Assembly: GCA_964523395.1 (NCBI GenBank)
Contig: CAZFXS010000003.1
Span: forward strand, 209,505 to 273,504
Source: an uncultured Chlorobiaceae bacterium
Lineage (GTDB): Bacteria > Bacteroidota > Ignavibacteria > UBA10030 > SZUA-254
Reading direction: 5' to 3'
DNA: 64,000 nt
The notes under the pieces were generated by a model. The model did no database searches. It worked only from the letters and a program-made list of their open reading frames with translations, and was not told where the DNA came from. The position numbers and the translations under genes were made by a program. Shown in pieces: positions 17,736 through 26,419 of the stretch; position 1 is the stretch's first letter; each line of letters begins with the position of its first letter.

Positions 17736-19739
17736 ATGAACTCAAAATATATACTTCTGTTCTTAATCGCATGTGTGTCTCTCGGTCTCTGGAGTTGCGA
17801 AGACCTCCCGATAGAAGGGGGAGGGATTGTGCAGGTGACCGGAACGGTGACTGAACTCGGTACCGGACTCGCAGTCCAGAACGCGACGGTTTATCTGACT
17901 GTCGGCGGCAACGTGGACTCGGTTGTTACCGGAACAGGCGGGAGCTTCACCTTCGAAGCAGATTTTAACGCTCTGGAGAATGGCGGGGCGACCATTACAG
18001 TGAGAAAGACCGGATTTGAGACAAAGGTGGTCAGTATACCGAATGCCGGCGCTACGTCATTCAGCATCAATCTTCAGGCCGACCTTTCGACGTCAGCACT
18101 GATTGTTGGTACGTTACGCGACAGCACCACGTTATATCCGCTCCGTAATGGTCAGGTCATTCTTACACTTCCCGGTGTTGTTGACCAATTTATTACAGCT
18201 GTTGACGGGGCGTTCCGTCTTACTGCTGATCTTGTCGATCGGGATTCATTACCTGTCACTTTAACAATGGTCAAGGACGGTTATAAGACAAAGTCATTGA
18301 CAGTTGTTGTCTATAAAGGCCAGACGAGAAACTTAAATAATGTCTTGTTGCAAGTGGATGCGGGATCGACCGTAGCACAGGTTCTCGGCCGTGTTTTGGA
18401 TAATACCAACCGCCTTCCGGTGAATAACGCGACAGTGGTTATCTCCACGCCGATTTTTACGGACAGTATGGTTACTTCCGGAGATGGTTCGTTTACGTTC
18501 ACTGTTAACTTACAGGGACTCTCCTCGGTTGCCGGACAAGTAAAAGTTTCCAAGAGCGGGTATCGGTCGAACAATTTCTCTTTTAATGTGAATGCCGGTG
18601 CAACATTCGCACAGGATGTGACTATCACACGCGATACAACGACCGGCGTGCCACGCGATAGTTCAGGAACGGGAAATGCTCATTCTATTGCATTGGTGAG
18701 TGTCAGTGCCAGAGAAATATCTGTTTATGGTGTCGGTGGAACCGAGTCCTCGATTCTGGTTTGGGAAGTTCGGGATTCTTTAGGGTTCCCGATTGATATC
18801 GACCATCGCGATACGGTGAACTTCTCAATTGTCGGCACACCTGCAGGAGGTGTTGGTGGAGCCTATGTATCTCCTGCAACGGTGATGACAAACGTATCGG
18901 GAAGAGTCGCGACCACCGTAAACAGCGGAACGATTTCAGGCGTCATGCAGTTTATTGCATCGTTACGTCGCGAGTCAGATGGCGTGGTCATTCAATCTAC
19001 ACCTGTTATTATCACAGTGAATGCAGGATTACCTGACCAGGCGCATTTTACGATTGCTCCGGTTGAATTTAATTTCCCCGGACTCGATTGGCTCGGTCGT
19101 ATCGACCCGATCACTGTTCAGGTGGGTGATAAATACAGTAACCCGGTAAAAACGAATACCGCAGTGTACTTTAACACGACCGGCGGTATTATCAACGCCT
19201 CAGGCTTTACCAATGCTGATGGACAGGATGTAGTTGACCTTCATAGCGGCAATCCCCGTCCGAGCGATCCATTCTTTGGTCCGGGATTTGCGTGGGTGAG
19301 AGCCTCAACTGTTGGTGAAGCCGGAAGCACTGTCCAGGATTCGGTACTTATACTGTTCTCGGGAACATCCAGGATATCAAATGTCAGTCCGTCGTCATTT
19401 ACTGTGAACGCTGCCAGCGGACATACATCAGGACCGATCAGCTTTACTGTATCAGACGCGAATGGAAATCCGCTTTCCCAGGGAACGCGCATTCAGGTTC
19501 AGCTGCAATATACACCTCCGCCGCTGAGTTCAGTAAACCTGACAACCACCGGAGATGTGGATGTTACACTCGGTGATACTCAGGTAAGCGGGCCTGGAAC
19601 AACACAGTTCTCCTTCCAGGTTGTAGATCAGAGTATTCCGGTATTAGATAGTACAATTCCTGCAACGGTAACGATTAAGGTAACCAGCCGCAACGGTAAT
19701 CCTCCGATTGTTCAGATGTCCGGAACGATTGGTCCGTAA
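17736..19739 (+). CDS. Large lipoprotein with three CarboxypepD_reg-like repeats followed by Ig-like (Big) domains; function unknown, last gene of the pilus cluster.
   Basis: Start re-set to ATG 17736 (MNSKYILLFLIACVSLGLWSC, lipobox Cys). Repeated modules GTVxxxxTGLxVxNATVxL appear three times. The C-terminal half is beta-rich. Confidence 0.55.
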   Translation: MNSKYILLFLIACVSLGLWSCEDLPIEGGGIVQVTGTVTELGTGLAVQNATVYLTVGGNVDSVVTGTGGSFTFEADFNALENGGATITVRKTGFETKVVSIPNAGATSFSINLQADLSTSALIVGTLRDSTTLYPLRNGQVILTLPGVVDQFITAVDGAFRLTADLVDRDSLPVTLTMVKDGYKTKSLTVVVYKGQTRNLNNVLLQVDAGSTVAQVLGRVLDNTNRLPVNNATVVISTPIFTDSMVTSGDGSFTFTVNLQGLSSVAGQVKVSKSGYRSNNFSFNVNAGATFAQDVTITRDTTTGVPRDSSGTGNAHSIALVSVSAREISVYGVGGTESSILVWEVRDSLGFPIDIDHRDTVNFSIVGTPAGGVGGAYVSPATVMTNVSGRVATTVNSGTISGVMQFIASLRRESDGVVIQSTPVIITVNAGLPDQAHFTIAPVEFNFPGLDWLGRIDPITVQVGDKYSNPVKTNTAVYFNTTGGIINASGFTNADGQDVVDLHSGNPRPSDPFFGPGFAWVRASTVGEAGSTVQDSVLILFSGTSRISNVSPSSFTVNAASGHTSGPISFTVSDANGNPLSQGTRIQVQLQYTPPPLSSVNLTTTGDVDVTLGDTQVSGPGTTQFSFQVVDQSIPVLDSTIPATVTIKVTSRNGNPPIVQMSGTIGP

Positions 19740-19762
19740 TATTGGCAATCGCAATCAATGCA

Positions 19763-19802
19763 AAACGCCATCCCGGTTTTCCCGGGATGGCGTTTGTATT
19801 TT
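19763..19802. terminator. Bidirectional rho-independent terminator between the convergent pilus cluster and hemL.
   Basis: A 14-bp stem aaacgccatcccgg / ccgggatggcgttt with loop ttttc. T-tracts lie on both sides (A-rich 5' side, gtattttt 3' side). Confidence 0.85.
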
Positions 19803-19818
19803 TAGCAGTGTGGGATAA

Positions 19819-21111
19819 TTATTTGTTGATAGAAGCGAATGCCCGCTTACACGCGCGTATCGTCTTTAGAATATCCGCTTCTGTGTGTGCTGAGGAAACG
19901 AAGGCCGCTTCAAATTGAGAGGGAGGAAGATAAATCCCCTGTCGAAGCATCTCAGAAAAATACTGAGAGAACTTTGCAGTATCAGAAGTTTTTGCCGTCT
20001 CGTAGTCAAGCACGGGTTGTTCGGTGAAGAAGAGCGTAAACATCGATCCGACGCGGTTGATCTGGTAGTTGCATCCCGATGCGTGCATGGCATCGCGCAT
20101 ACCTTCTTCGAGCATCCGTGACCGTTGGTCCAGCTTCTTGTACAATGATCTGTTTTTGGAAATCATCGTCAACATTTCGAACCCTGCCGCCATCGCAAGG
20201 GGGTTGCCTGAGAGCGTTCCCGCTTGGTACATCGGCCCGCTTGGAGAAACCATCTCCATAATTTCGCGCTTTCCTCCGTAGGCGCCGACGGGCAATCCGC
20301 CACCGATGATTTTTCCCATGGTGGTTAAATCAGGTGTAATTCCAAATTTCCCTTGTGCTCCTCCTGGAGAAAGCCGGAATCCTGTCATGACTTCATCCAT
20401 GATGAACACTATGTTGTTCTCGCTACATAGCTTACGCAGACCTTCAAGAAATCCCGGAAGAGGGGGGACACATCCCATATTTCCTACCACGGGCTCAACA
20501 ATCAGCGCCGCGATAGCACCGGAATGTTCTTTCATTAACCGGCGGACGGAATCAAGGTCGTTAAACTGTGCGGTAAGTGTCTCTACCGCAAGGGATTTCG
20601 GAATGCCGGGGCTATCAGGTACACCAAATGTCATCGCGCCTGATCCGGCTTTAATGAGGAATGAATCACCGTGTCCGTGATAGCACCCCTCAAACTTTAT
20701 GATGGAATCTTTTCCAGTAAAGGCGCGCGCAAGCCGTACTGCGCTCATCGTAGCTTCGGTGCCGGAGTTTACCATCCGCACCATTTCAATTGAAGGCATC
20801 AGCTTTTTTATAAGCTCCGCCATTTTCACTTCAAGTTCCGTCGGTGCGCCGTAACTTGTGCCATTCTTTATCGCTTGCTGCAATGCTTTGATAATGCTGG
20901 GATGTGAGTGCCCGAACAGCATCGGCCCCCACGACCCTATGTAGTCGATATATTTAATGCCATCGACATCCCATATTGCGCTTCCCTTTGCCTTTTTTAT
21001 AAAGAGAGGATTACCGCCAACCGATCTGAACGCGCGGACAGGGGAATTAACGCCGCCGGGAATGGAATTTTTTGCCCGAAGAAAAAGTTTGTTTGATCTG
21101 GATCTGTTCAT
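19819..21111 (-). CDS. hemL: Glutamate-1-semialdehyde 2,1-aminomutase.
   Basis: 430 aa. N-terminal region [18 protein letters not shown] is conserved, and the sequence has a class-III aminotransferase fold. Confidence 0.9.
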   Translation of the reverse strand: MNRSRSNKLFLRAKNSIPGGVNSPVRAFRSVGGNPLFIKKAKGSAIWDVDGIKYIDYIGSWGPMLFGHSHPSIIKALQQAIKNGTSYGAPTELEVKMAELIKKLMPSIEMVRMVNSGTEATMSAVRLARAFTGKDSIIKFEGCYHGHGDSFLIKAGSGAMTFGVPDSPGIPKSLAVETLTAQFNDLDSVRRLMKEHSGAIAALIVEPVVGNMGCVPPLPGFLEGLRKLCSENNIVFIMDEVMTGFRLSPGGAQGKFGITPDLTTMGKIIGGGLPVGAYGGKREIMEMVSPSGPMYQAGTLSGNPLAMAAGFEMLTMISKNRSLYKKLDQRSRMLEEGMRDAMHASGCNYQINRVGSMFTLFFTEQPVLDYETAKTSDTAKFSQYFSEMLRQGIYLPPSQFEAAFVSSAHTEADILKTIRACKRAFASINK

Positions 21112-21288
21112 AACAAGTCAAAAGTTAAAAATAAAAAGTAAAAAAATGTTTAGGGGTTTAGGATTGTAATAAACCGTTTCATGTTTTAAGTTTCAGGTTT
21201 CAAGTTTATGCTTCTTGAAACGTGAAACTGTAAACTCGAAACTCAAAAAGCTCACTATCACACATCTCATATACTCACATACTAAACT

Positions 21289-21744
21289 CTAATTGTCTCT
21301 CGCTCCCTGTTCAATCCACCGGCGTATCATATCGACCTCGATTGTTTTCAGGAAAGGACCTCCGGTTGGCATCCTTGACCCGAATGGGGGATTTGACCTA
21401 ACCTTCAGTATGAGAATACTTGCGTCGGGATCGGAAACATTCACGGCCGTGCCATGATTGCCGCCGGCGATAATATTTCCAACTGTATTCAGCGCAAGGC
21501 CGCCGTTCATTCCATGACAGCTGAGACAGCTGTATCGTGCAAACAAAGGAGTAATATGATTGGCGAATGAAACTGTATCTGGCAGTGAATCGGGCGGCGG
21601 ACTAACAGGGTCACTTCCTCCTTTACAGGCAGTCAGAAGAATCGATAGCGCGATAACACACAGGAATACGACAATCGGTCTTATGATAATTCCTCTTAGC
21701 GCTGGTCTGTAAACATCAGAGCAATTTCGCGGCGTCTTTCGCAA
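21289..21744 (-). CDS. Small membrane-anchored lipoprotein c-type cytochrome.
   Basis: 151 aa with a single CxxCH heme-binding motif (CLSCH). There is an N-terminal hydrophobic segment with lipobox LLTAC. The annotated start overlaps the hemB 3' end by 29 nt, so the true start may be downstream. Confidence 0.5.
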   Translation of the reverse strand: MRKTPRNCSDVYRPALRGIIIRPIVVFLCVIALSILLTACKGGSDPVSPPPDSLPDTVSFANHITPLFARYSCLSCHGMNGGLALNTVGNIIAGGNHGTAVNVSDPDASILILKVRSNPPFGSRMPTGGPFLKTIEVDMIRRWIEQGARDN

Positions 21745-22729
21745 AGTATGTCAGTATGAGATCCGCTCCGGCGCGCTTAATGCCGGTCAGCATTTCCATC
21801 ATGACACGTTGTTCATCAATCCAGCCAAGCTTGCCCGCAGCTTTCACCATGGAATATTCTCCGCTAACGTTATATGCCGCGGTCGGCATCGCAAAAGTGT
21901 CCTTGACTCTGCGGATAATATCCAGATACGGCATTGCCGGTTTTACCATGACGATATCGGCGCCTTCTTCTATGTCGGCTTGCACTTCATGGAGCGCTTC
22001 ATCGGAGTTTGCCGGATCCATCTGGTGCGATCGCCTGTCGCCGAATTTCGGCGTACTTTCTGCGGCCTCACGGAATGGCCCGTAGAAACCGGAAGCATAT
22101 TTCGCCGCATACGACATGATCGGGATATTGTGATAATTATTCTCATCCAGAATAGTACGGATTGCTTTCACCCTTCCGTCAAACATATCCGATGGCGCAA
22201 CCATATCTGCCCCCGCGCGGGCATGAGTCAGTGCTTCTTTTGCAAGAAGTTCAATTGATTCATCATTTACTATTTCATCGCCGCGGACAATGCCGCAGTG
22301 CCCGTGCGATGTATATTCGCAAAGACAAACATCAGTGATAACGTACAGGTCAGGCACTTCTTTTTTAATCGCGTGGATGGCACGCTGAACGATGCCAAGT
22401 TCATCGTATGCTTCACTGCCGGTTTCATCCTTATGTTCGGGAATACCGAACAAAATTACGGCCGGAATGCCAAGCGCTTTTACTGCCGCGCATTCACGGA
22501 CGATTTCATCCACAGACATCTGGAACACGCCAGGCATGGAGGAAACTTCTTTTTTTACTTTTGAACCGGGTACGACAAACAGAGGGTATATAAAATCGTT
22601 TTTCGATAACTCCGTTTCACGAACCATGGAGCGGAGAGTCGCCGTCATTCGTGTGCGGCGTAAACGTTTAAAGGTGGAAATATCAGGTGTAACGAGGGAT
22701 CCTAACGTGAGTTTTTCGTTGTTTTGCAT
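21716..22729 (-). CDS. hemB: Porphobilinogen synthase (delta-aminolevulinic acid dehydratase).
   Basis: 337 aa. The N-terminal [32 protein letters not shown] is typical of ALAD, and the length matches. Confidence 0.9.
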   Translation of the reverse strand: MQNNEKLTLGSLVTPDISTFKRLRRTRMTATLRSMVRETELSKNDFIYPLFVVPGSKVKKEVSSMPGVFQMSVDEIVRECAAVKALGIPAVILFGIPEHKDETGSEAYDELGIVQRAIHAIKKEVPDLYVITDVCLCEYTSHGHCGIVRGDEIVNDESIELLAKEALTHARAGADMVAPSDMFDGRVKAIRTILDENNYHNIPIMSYAAKYASGFYGPFREAAESTPKFGDRRSHQMDPANSDEALHEVQADIEEGADIVMVKPAMPYLDIIRRVKDTFAMPTAAYNVSGEYSMVKAAGKLGWIDEQRVMMEMLTGIKRAGADLILTYFAKDAAKLL

Positions 22730-22809
22730 AATAATTTTCTCGAAGAATGATATTCAGTAATAATGTACCGAACTCCTGGTAAAAGGTCAAACCATACTGA
22801 TTTTCTGTG

Positions 22810-22940
22810 CTGGCTCAGTTTAAAGAAAAGAACAACGCAGAATCGCAGAGTACGCAAAGAAACGCAGAGCATGAATCCCTTTGCGGTTCTCGGCGACCTC
22901 TGCGTCTCTGCGGTGAAAATTATTATTCAAACTGAGCCAG
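22810..22940. repeat. Nested inverted repeats in the MGDG-synthase / hemB intergenic region.
   Basis: A perfect 12-bp inverted repeat, ctggctcagttt (22810-22821) pairing with aaactgagccag (22929-22940). Enclosed inner complementarity: cgcagag x2 vs ctctgcgtctctgcg, and cgcaaag vs ctttgcg. Confidence 0.5.
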
Positions 22941-22996
22941 TACCTGATTTTCACTGATTGCACGGATAATCGCAGATAACTGATTTCGCTGAGGGA

Positions 22997-24154
22997 CTAA
23001 ATTCGTTGTAGCAAATCCCCCCAAATCATCTGAGCAGCTTTCGGAGTTGCAATCCTCCCGGCATTTTTTCTCATAGTCGTTAACAAAGAAGGCTTTTCAA
23101 TGAACTGCTTCAACTTAAAATGAAGATTCGTGAAATTTCCGGCACGGAGACCCGCGGCATGCTCAACGATGTAATCGGTATTTCTTCCTTCCTGTCCGGG
23201 GATTGGATCAAAAATAATCATTGGTAACTGTTTAGTCAACCCCTCGGTCACAGTCAACCCGCCTGCTTTTGAGATCATCACATCGGAACAATCCATCAAG
23301 CGGTCCATGAAAGGAATGTAGCGGTACAATGTTATTCGAACGTTATCGGGAGATTTTAGGCGCGAAAGTTTGTCGTAGAGCCGGTTATTTTTTCCGCAGG
23401 GAACGATAAGATGAAAATGTTTGCGGGAATATCCAGAGAGAAATTCCGCGACAGAAGGGACAAGATTGTCAATGACGCCGATGCCGTATCCGCCGGATGC
23501 AATCATGATCGTAAACGATGAGGTTGGGAAACGGAGTGAGGCGCGAGCTTTCGTTTTAGTTGGCCGATCTGAAAATGACGGCATAACGGGGATGCCGGTT
23601 ACTTGTATATCTGACGGTGAAATACCGTTCGATTTCAGTGTCCATGCGGTTTCTTCAGTTGCGACGTAGTATCGTTTTACTGAGGGATGGATCCAGAGTG
23701 AATGTGCGTCATAATCTGTTGGCACCGAAAAAAATGGGATCGCCCATCCCGGTGTTGTGATGTTGTCTGTGATTGCGAGGTATGGGAGAAAATGTGTGCA
23801 GAGGACAGCATCAGGCTTCAGCGAGTCGAGCTCCTGAAGATACTTTTTGTAGTTGAATTGGTCAAACAATTTGAGGAGAGGTGATTTGGTTCTTGCCACA
23901 TCTTTACGCTCCGCACGCTTGTAAAAATATCCCCACAATTCGGGAGAAGTATTCACAATTGTAAAATAGACTTCGCTATATATTTTTTTAAACAGCGGCG
24001 ATGTAAAACTGAGAATATCCTTGTGAACGACATTTACCGGCAGTTGTAAATCCTTTGCGGTTTCAAGAAGCGCTTCACCGGCTCTGACGTGCCCGGCGCC
24101 AGCTGTTGCCGAAAGGATAAGAATCGTTTTTTTTCTCTCGGAGGAAATGGTCAC
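22997..24154 (-). CDS. MGDG-synthase family glycosyltransferase (GT28-like diacylglycerol glycosyltransferase).
   Basis: 385 aa. N-terminal ILILSATAGAGHVRAGEAL is typical of the monogalactosyldiacylglycerol-synthase N-domain, and the C-terminus is a GT-B fold. Confidence 0.65.
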   Translation of the reverse strand: MTISSERKKTILILSATAGAGHVRAGEALLETAKDLQLPVNVVHKDILSFTSPLFKKIYSEVYFTIVNTSPELWGYFYKRAERKDVARTKSPLLKLFDQFNYKKYLQELDSLKPDAVLCTHFLPYLAITDNITTPGWAIPFFSVPTDYDAHSLWIHPSVKRYYVATEETAWTLKSNGISPSDIQVTGIPVMPSFSDRPTKTKARASLRFPTSSFTIMIASGGYGIGVIDNLVPSVAEFLSGYSRKHFHLIVPCGKNNRLYDKLSRLKSPDNVRITLYRYIPFMDRLMDCSDVMISKAGGLTVTEGLTKQLPMIIFDPIPGQEGRNTDYIVEHAAGLRAGNFTNLHFKLKQFIEKPSLLTTMRKNAGRIATPKAAQMIWGDLLQRI

Positions 24155-24948
24155 CGCAACTTTGAGAGAAATTTTACAAGATGCGTGTTGAACATTTCAG
24201 GGTTTTCCAAACTGCTGAGATGCCCCGATTGAGAGATAACAAACAGTTCCGCTTGAGGAATCTTTTCTTTCATCGCGTATGACGCAGAAGGGGGTGTGAT
24301 TGAATCATGCTGTCCCACGAGGATGAGTGTGGGAATCTTGATGGTAAAGAGAGAGGGAGTAGAATCTGTCCGCGCAGCAAGGGCAATAAGAGTTCCTGCA
24401 ACAGGCGCAGGTGAAGTTGTTTCGATAACGTTTCTGATCATTTCCACTGCGTCGGGCTTGGTCTCAAATGTTTTTTCGCAGAACACGCCTTTCAGGAATG
24501 GTTCGGAGAATTTCTTCATGCCGCCGGTTTTCACAATTTTTGCCTGTTGCGCCCGTTTTACTTTTCCTTCATTGCCATCAGCTTCGCTTCTGGTGTCGCA
24601 TAAGACAAGCGCGCGGACTCGTTCCGGGGAACGTTCATGTGCCCGCAACGCGATATATCCACCCATCGATAATCCGACAAGTACCGCGGAAGAAATCTTC
24701 AGATGATCCAATAATCCAAACAGGTCGTCAACAAAATATTCAACGGAATACTGCCCGTCACCGGCATCGCTTTGTCCGTGTCCCCGGATATCATACGTGA
24801 TAACATAGTAATTCTTTTTCAGCGCCTCGACCTGCGGCTTCCACATTTCTTTGCTAAACGGAAATCCGTGAATCAGAACGACGGGAACGCCGGTTCTGGG
24901 GCCTTCGACAGAATACTCCATCGATAAGTCATTAATTCGGGCTTTCAT
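24151..24948 (-). CDS. Alpha/beta-hydrolase fold enzyme.
   Basis: Start re-set to ATG 24948 (MKARINDLSMEY...), which overlaps the TGA of the upstream gene as ATGA. It has HGFPFS and a nucleophile elbow GLSMGG. Confidence 0.7.
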   Translation of the reverse strand: MKARINDLSMEYSVEGPRTGVPVVLIHGFPFSKEMWKPQVEALKKNYYVITYDIRGHGQSDAGDGQYSVEYFVDDLFGLLDHLKISSAVLVGLSMGGYIALRAHERSPERVRALVLCDTRSEADGNEGKVKRAQQAKIVKTGGMKKFSEPFLKGVFCEKTFETKPDAVEMIRNVIETTSPAPVAGTLIALAARTDSTPSLFTIKIPTLILVGQHDSITPPSASYAMKEKIPQAELFVISQSGHLSSLENPEMFNTHLVKFLSKLR

Positions 24949-25415
24949 GCAGAAGGCCCTTTGTGGTGTTCGCCTATTATTTCGCCAATCTTCTTCAATA
25001 TTTCTTCGGGAAGGTGTTCTTCGCACATGGGGAAGAAAACACGCTCCTCAGTGCGGATATGATGCTCCAGCACCTGGCCGAAACGGGTAAGCGTGCATTC
25101 CAGTTTCTTCTCGTCAGGTTGGCGCAGTTCATCCACAAGTTTCCGCATTTCTGTGTGCTCATCAATAAGCTCCCGGACAACAGTGTGAGATTCCGGGATA
25201 GCTGACTCCGCGAGAGAAAAGATGGCTTCCTCTTCCGTCTGAAAGTGCATTGCGAGATTATCATCGAAGAATTTTACCACATATTCCGCCTGCCATTTCG
25301 GGTCGTGCGACCAGAGGCGGAGAAGAGCCTTGCGCCCCTGCTGCAGGCGCGTTGCGAGCAGGAGGCCATCATGATGTTCCCGGGAGAGCAGTATAAAACT
25401 TTGATGACGCTTCAT
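24945..25415 (-). CDS. Hemerythrin-like (HHE cation-binding) domain protein.
   Basis: 156 aa with His/Glu-containing pairs spaced as in hemerythrin: REHHDG, AMHFQTEEE, DEHTEM, LEHHIRTEE. Confidence 0.6.
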   Translation of the reverse strand: MKRHQSFILLSREHHDGLLLATRLQQGRKALLRLWSHDPKWQAEYVVKFFDDNLAMHFQTEEEAIFSLAESAIPESHTVVRELIDEHTEMRKLVDELRQPDEKKLECTLTRFGQVLEHHIRTEERVFFPMCEEHLPEEILKKIGEIIGEHHKGPSA

Positions 25416-25431
25416 GGTAATATCCTTCAGG

Positions 25432-26340
25432 TTACGATTTTGTTCTCAGAATCGACGCGAAAATGGCGCAAGTAATCGCAGTAAAAATTGTCACCAGAGA
25501 TACCAGGATTGATATGTGGACCCAGGGTTCAATAAGCATTTTCATACCGATAAATACCAGGACAAAGGCGAGCCCGTACTTAAGATATTGAAATTGTTTG
25601 AGAAATCCAGCCACGACGAAATATAATGAGCGTAATCCGAGAATAGCAAAAATATTCGAGGTGTAAATAGTGAATGTATCGCGGGTAATTGCAAAAATTG
25701 CGGGGATAGAGTCAGTGGCAAATGCTATATCAGTTGTTTCAATCATGATGAGAACGATAAGAAGGGGGGTCATGAATAATTTTGCATTGTGCCGGACGAA
25801 GAATTTCCCTCCCACATAGTCACTTGTCACCGGCAATATCTTGCGGACTAACCGGATAAACGGGTTTTTTTCCGGATGAACTTCGGCGTCCACTTGTGTT
25901 GCAAGTTTGATGCCTGTGAATACCAGAAAAGCTCCGAGCAGATAGAGTATCCAGTGAAATTGAGCAACGAGAGCGGAACCCAGAACAATAAAAATCGCGC
26001 GGAAGATAATCGCGCCTAACACTCCCCAGAAGAGAACCCTGTGGTGAACCTGTTTTGGAACAGCGAAATAGGTAAAGATAACGATGAACACAAATACATT
26101 GTCGACGGAGAGGGCCTCTTCAACAATGTAGCCGGTGAAAAATTCGAGAGCTTTCGTGCTTCCGTATTGAATCCAAACGAAGACACCGAATAAAATAGCA
26201 AGGTTGATCCAGAATATGGACCAACCTATTGCCTCTTTCATCGAAGGAAAATGCGCCCGTTTTTGGATAATACCGAGGTCCAGAACGAGCATTGCAACAA
26301 CAAAGACATTGAACAAAATGAGAACAGTCGTTTCGCTCAA
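25432..26340 (-). CDS. TerC/Alx-family integral membrane protein.
   Basis: 302 aa with a multi-TM profile. The N-terminus ILFNVFVVAMLVLDLGIIQKR is typical of the TerC family. Confidence 0.75.
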   Translation of the reverse strand: MSETTVLILFNVFVVAMLVLDLGIIQKRAHFPSMKEAIGWSIFWINLAILFGVFVWIQYGSTKALEFFTGYIVEEALSVDNVFVFIVIFTYFAVPKQVHHRVLFWGVLGAIIFRAIFIVLGSALVAQFHWILYLLGAFLVFTGIKLATQVDAEVHPEKNPFIRLVRKILPVTSDYVGGKFFVRHNAKLFMTPLLIVLIMIETTDIAFATDSIPAIFAITRDTFTIYTSNIFAILGLRSLYFVVAGFLKQFQYLKYGLAFVLVFIGMKMLIEPWVHISILVSLVTIFTAITCAIFASILRTKS

Positions 26341-26419
26341 GCTGCTTTTTTCATCCTATGACTGTTTCCGGTTGTAAATATCTCTGCCGACTGGTTTGGA
26401 ACGAACCTATCGTTAAAGA

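Noticed and set aside
22763-22957. 64-aa ORF in the hemB upstream region
   Set aside because: It coincides with the nested inverted-repeat element, has no RBS and no homology features. It is more likely a non-coding structured region.
26341-26419. Possible yybP-ykoY (Mn) riboswitch upstream of the TerC-family gene
   Set aside because: Only 79 bp separate the gene from the citrate synthase stop, and I could not see the conserved riboswitch helices. That is too short.
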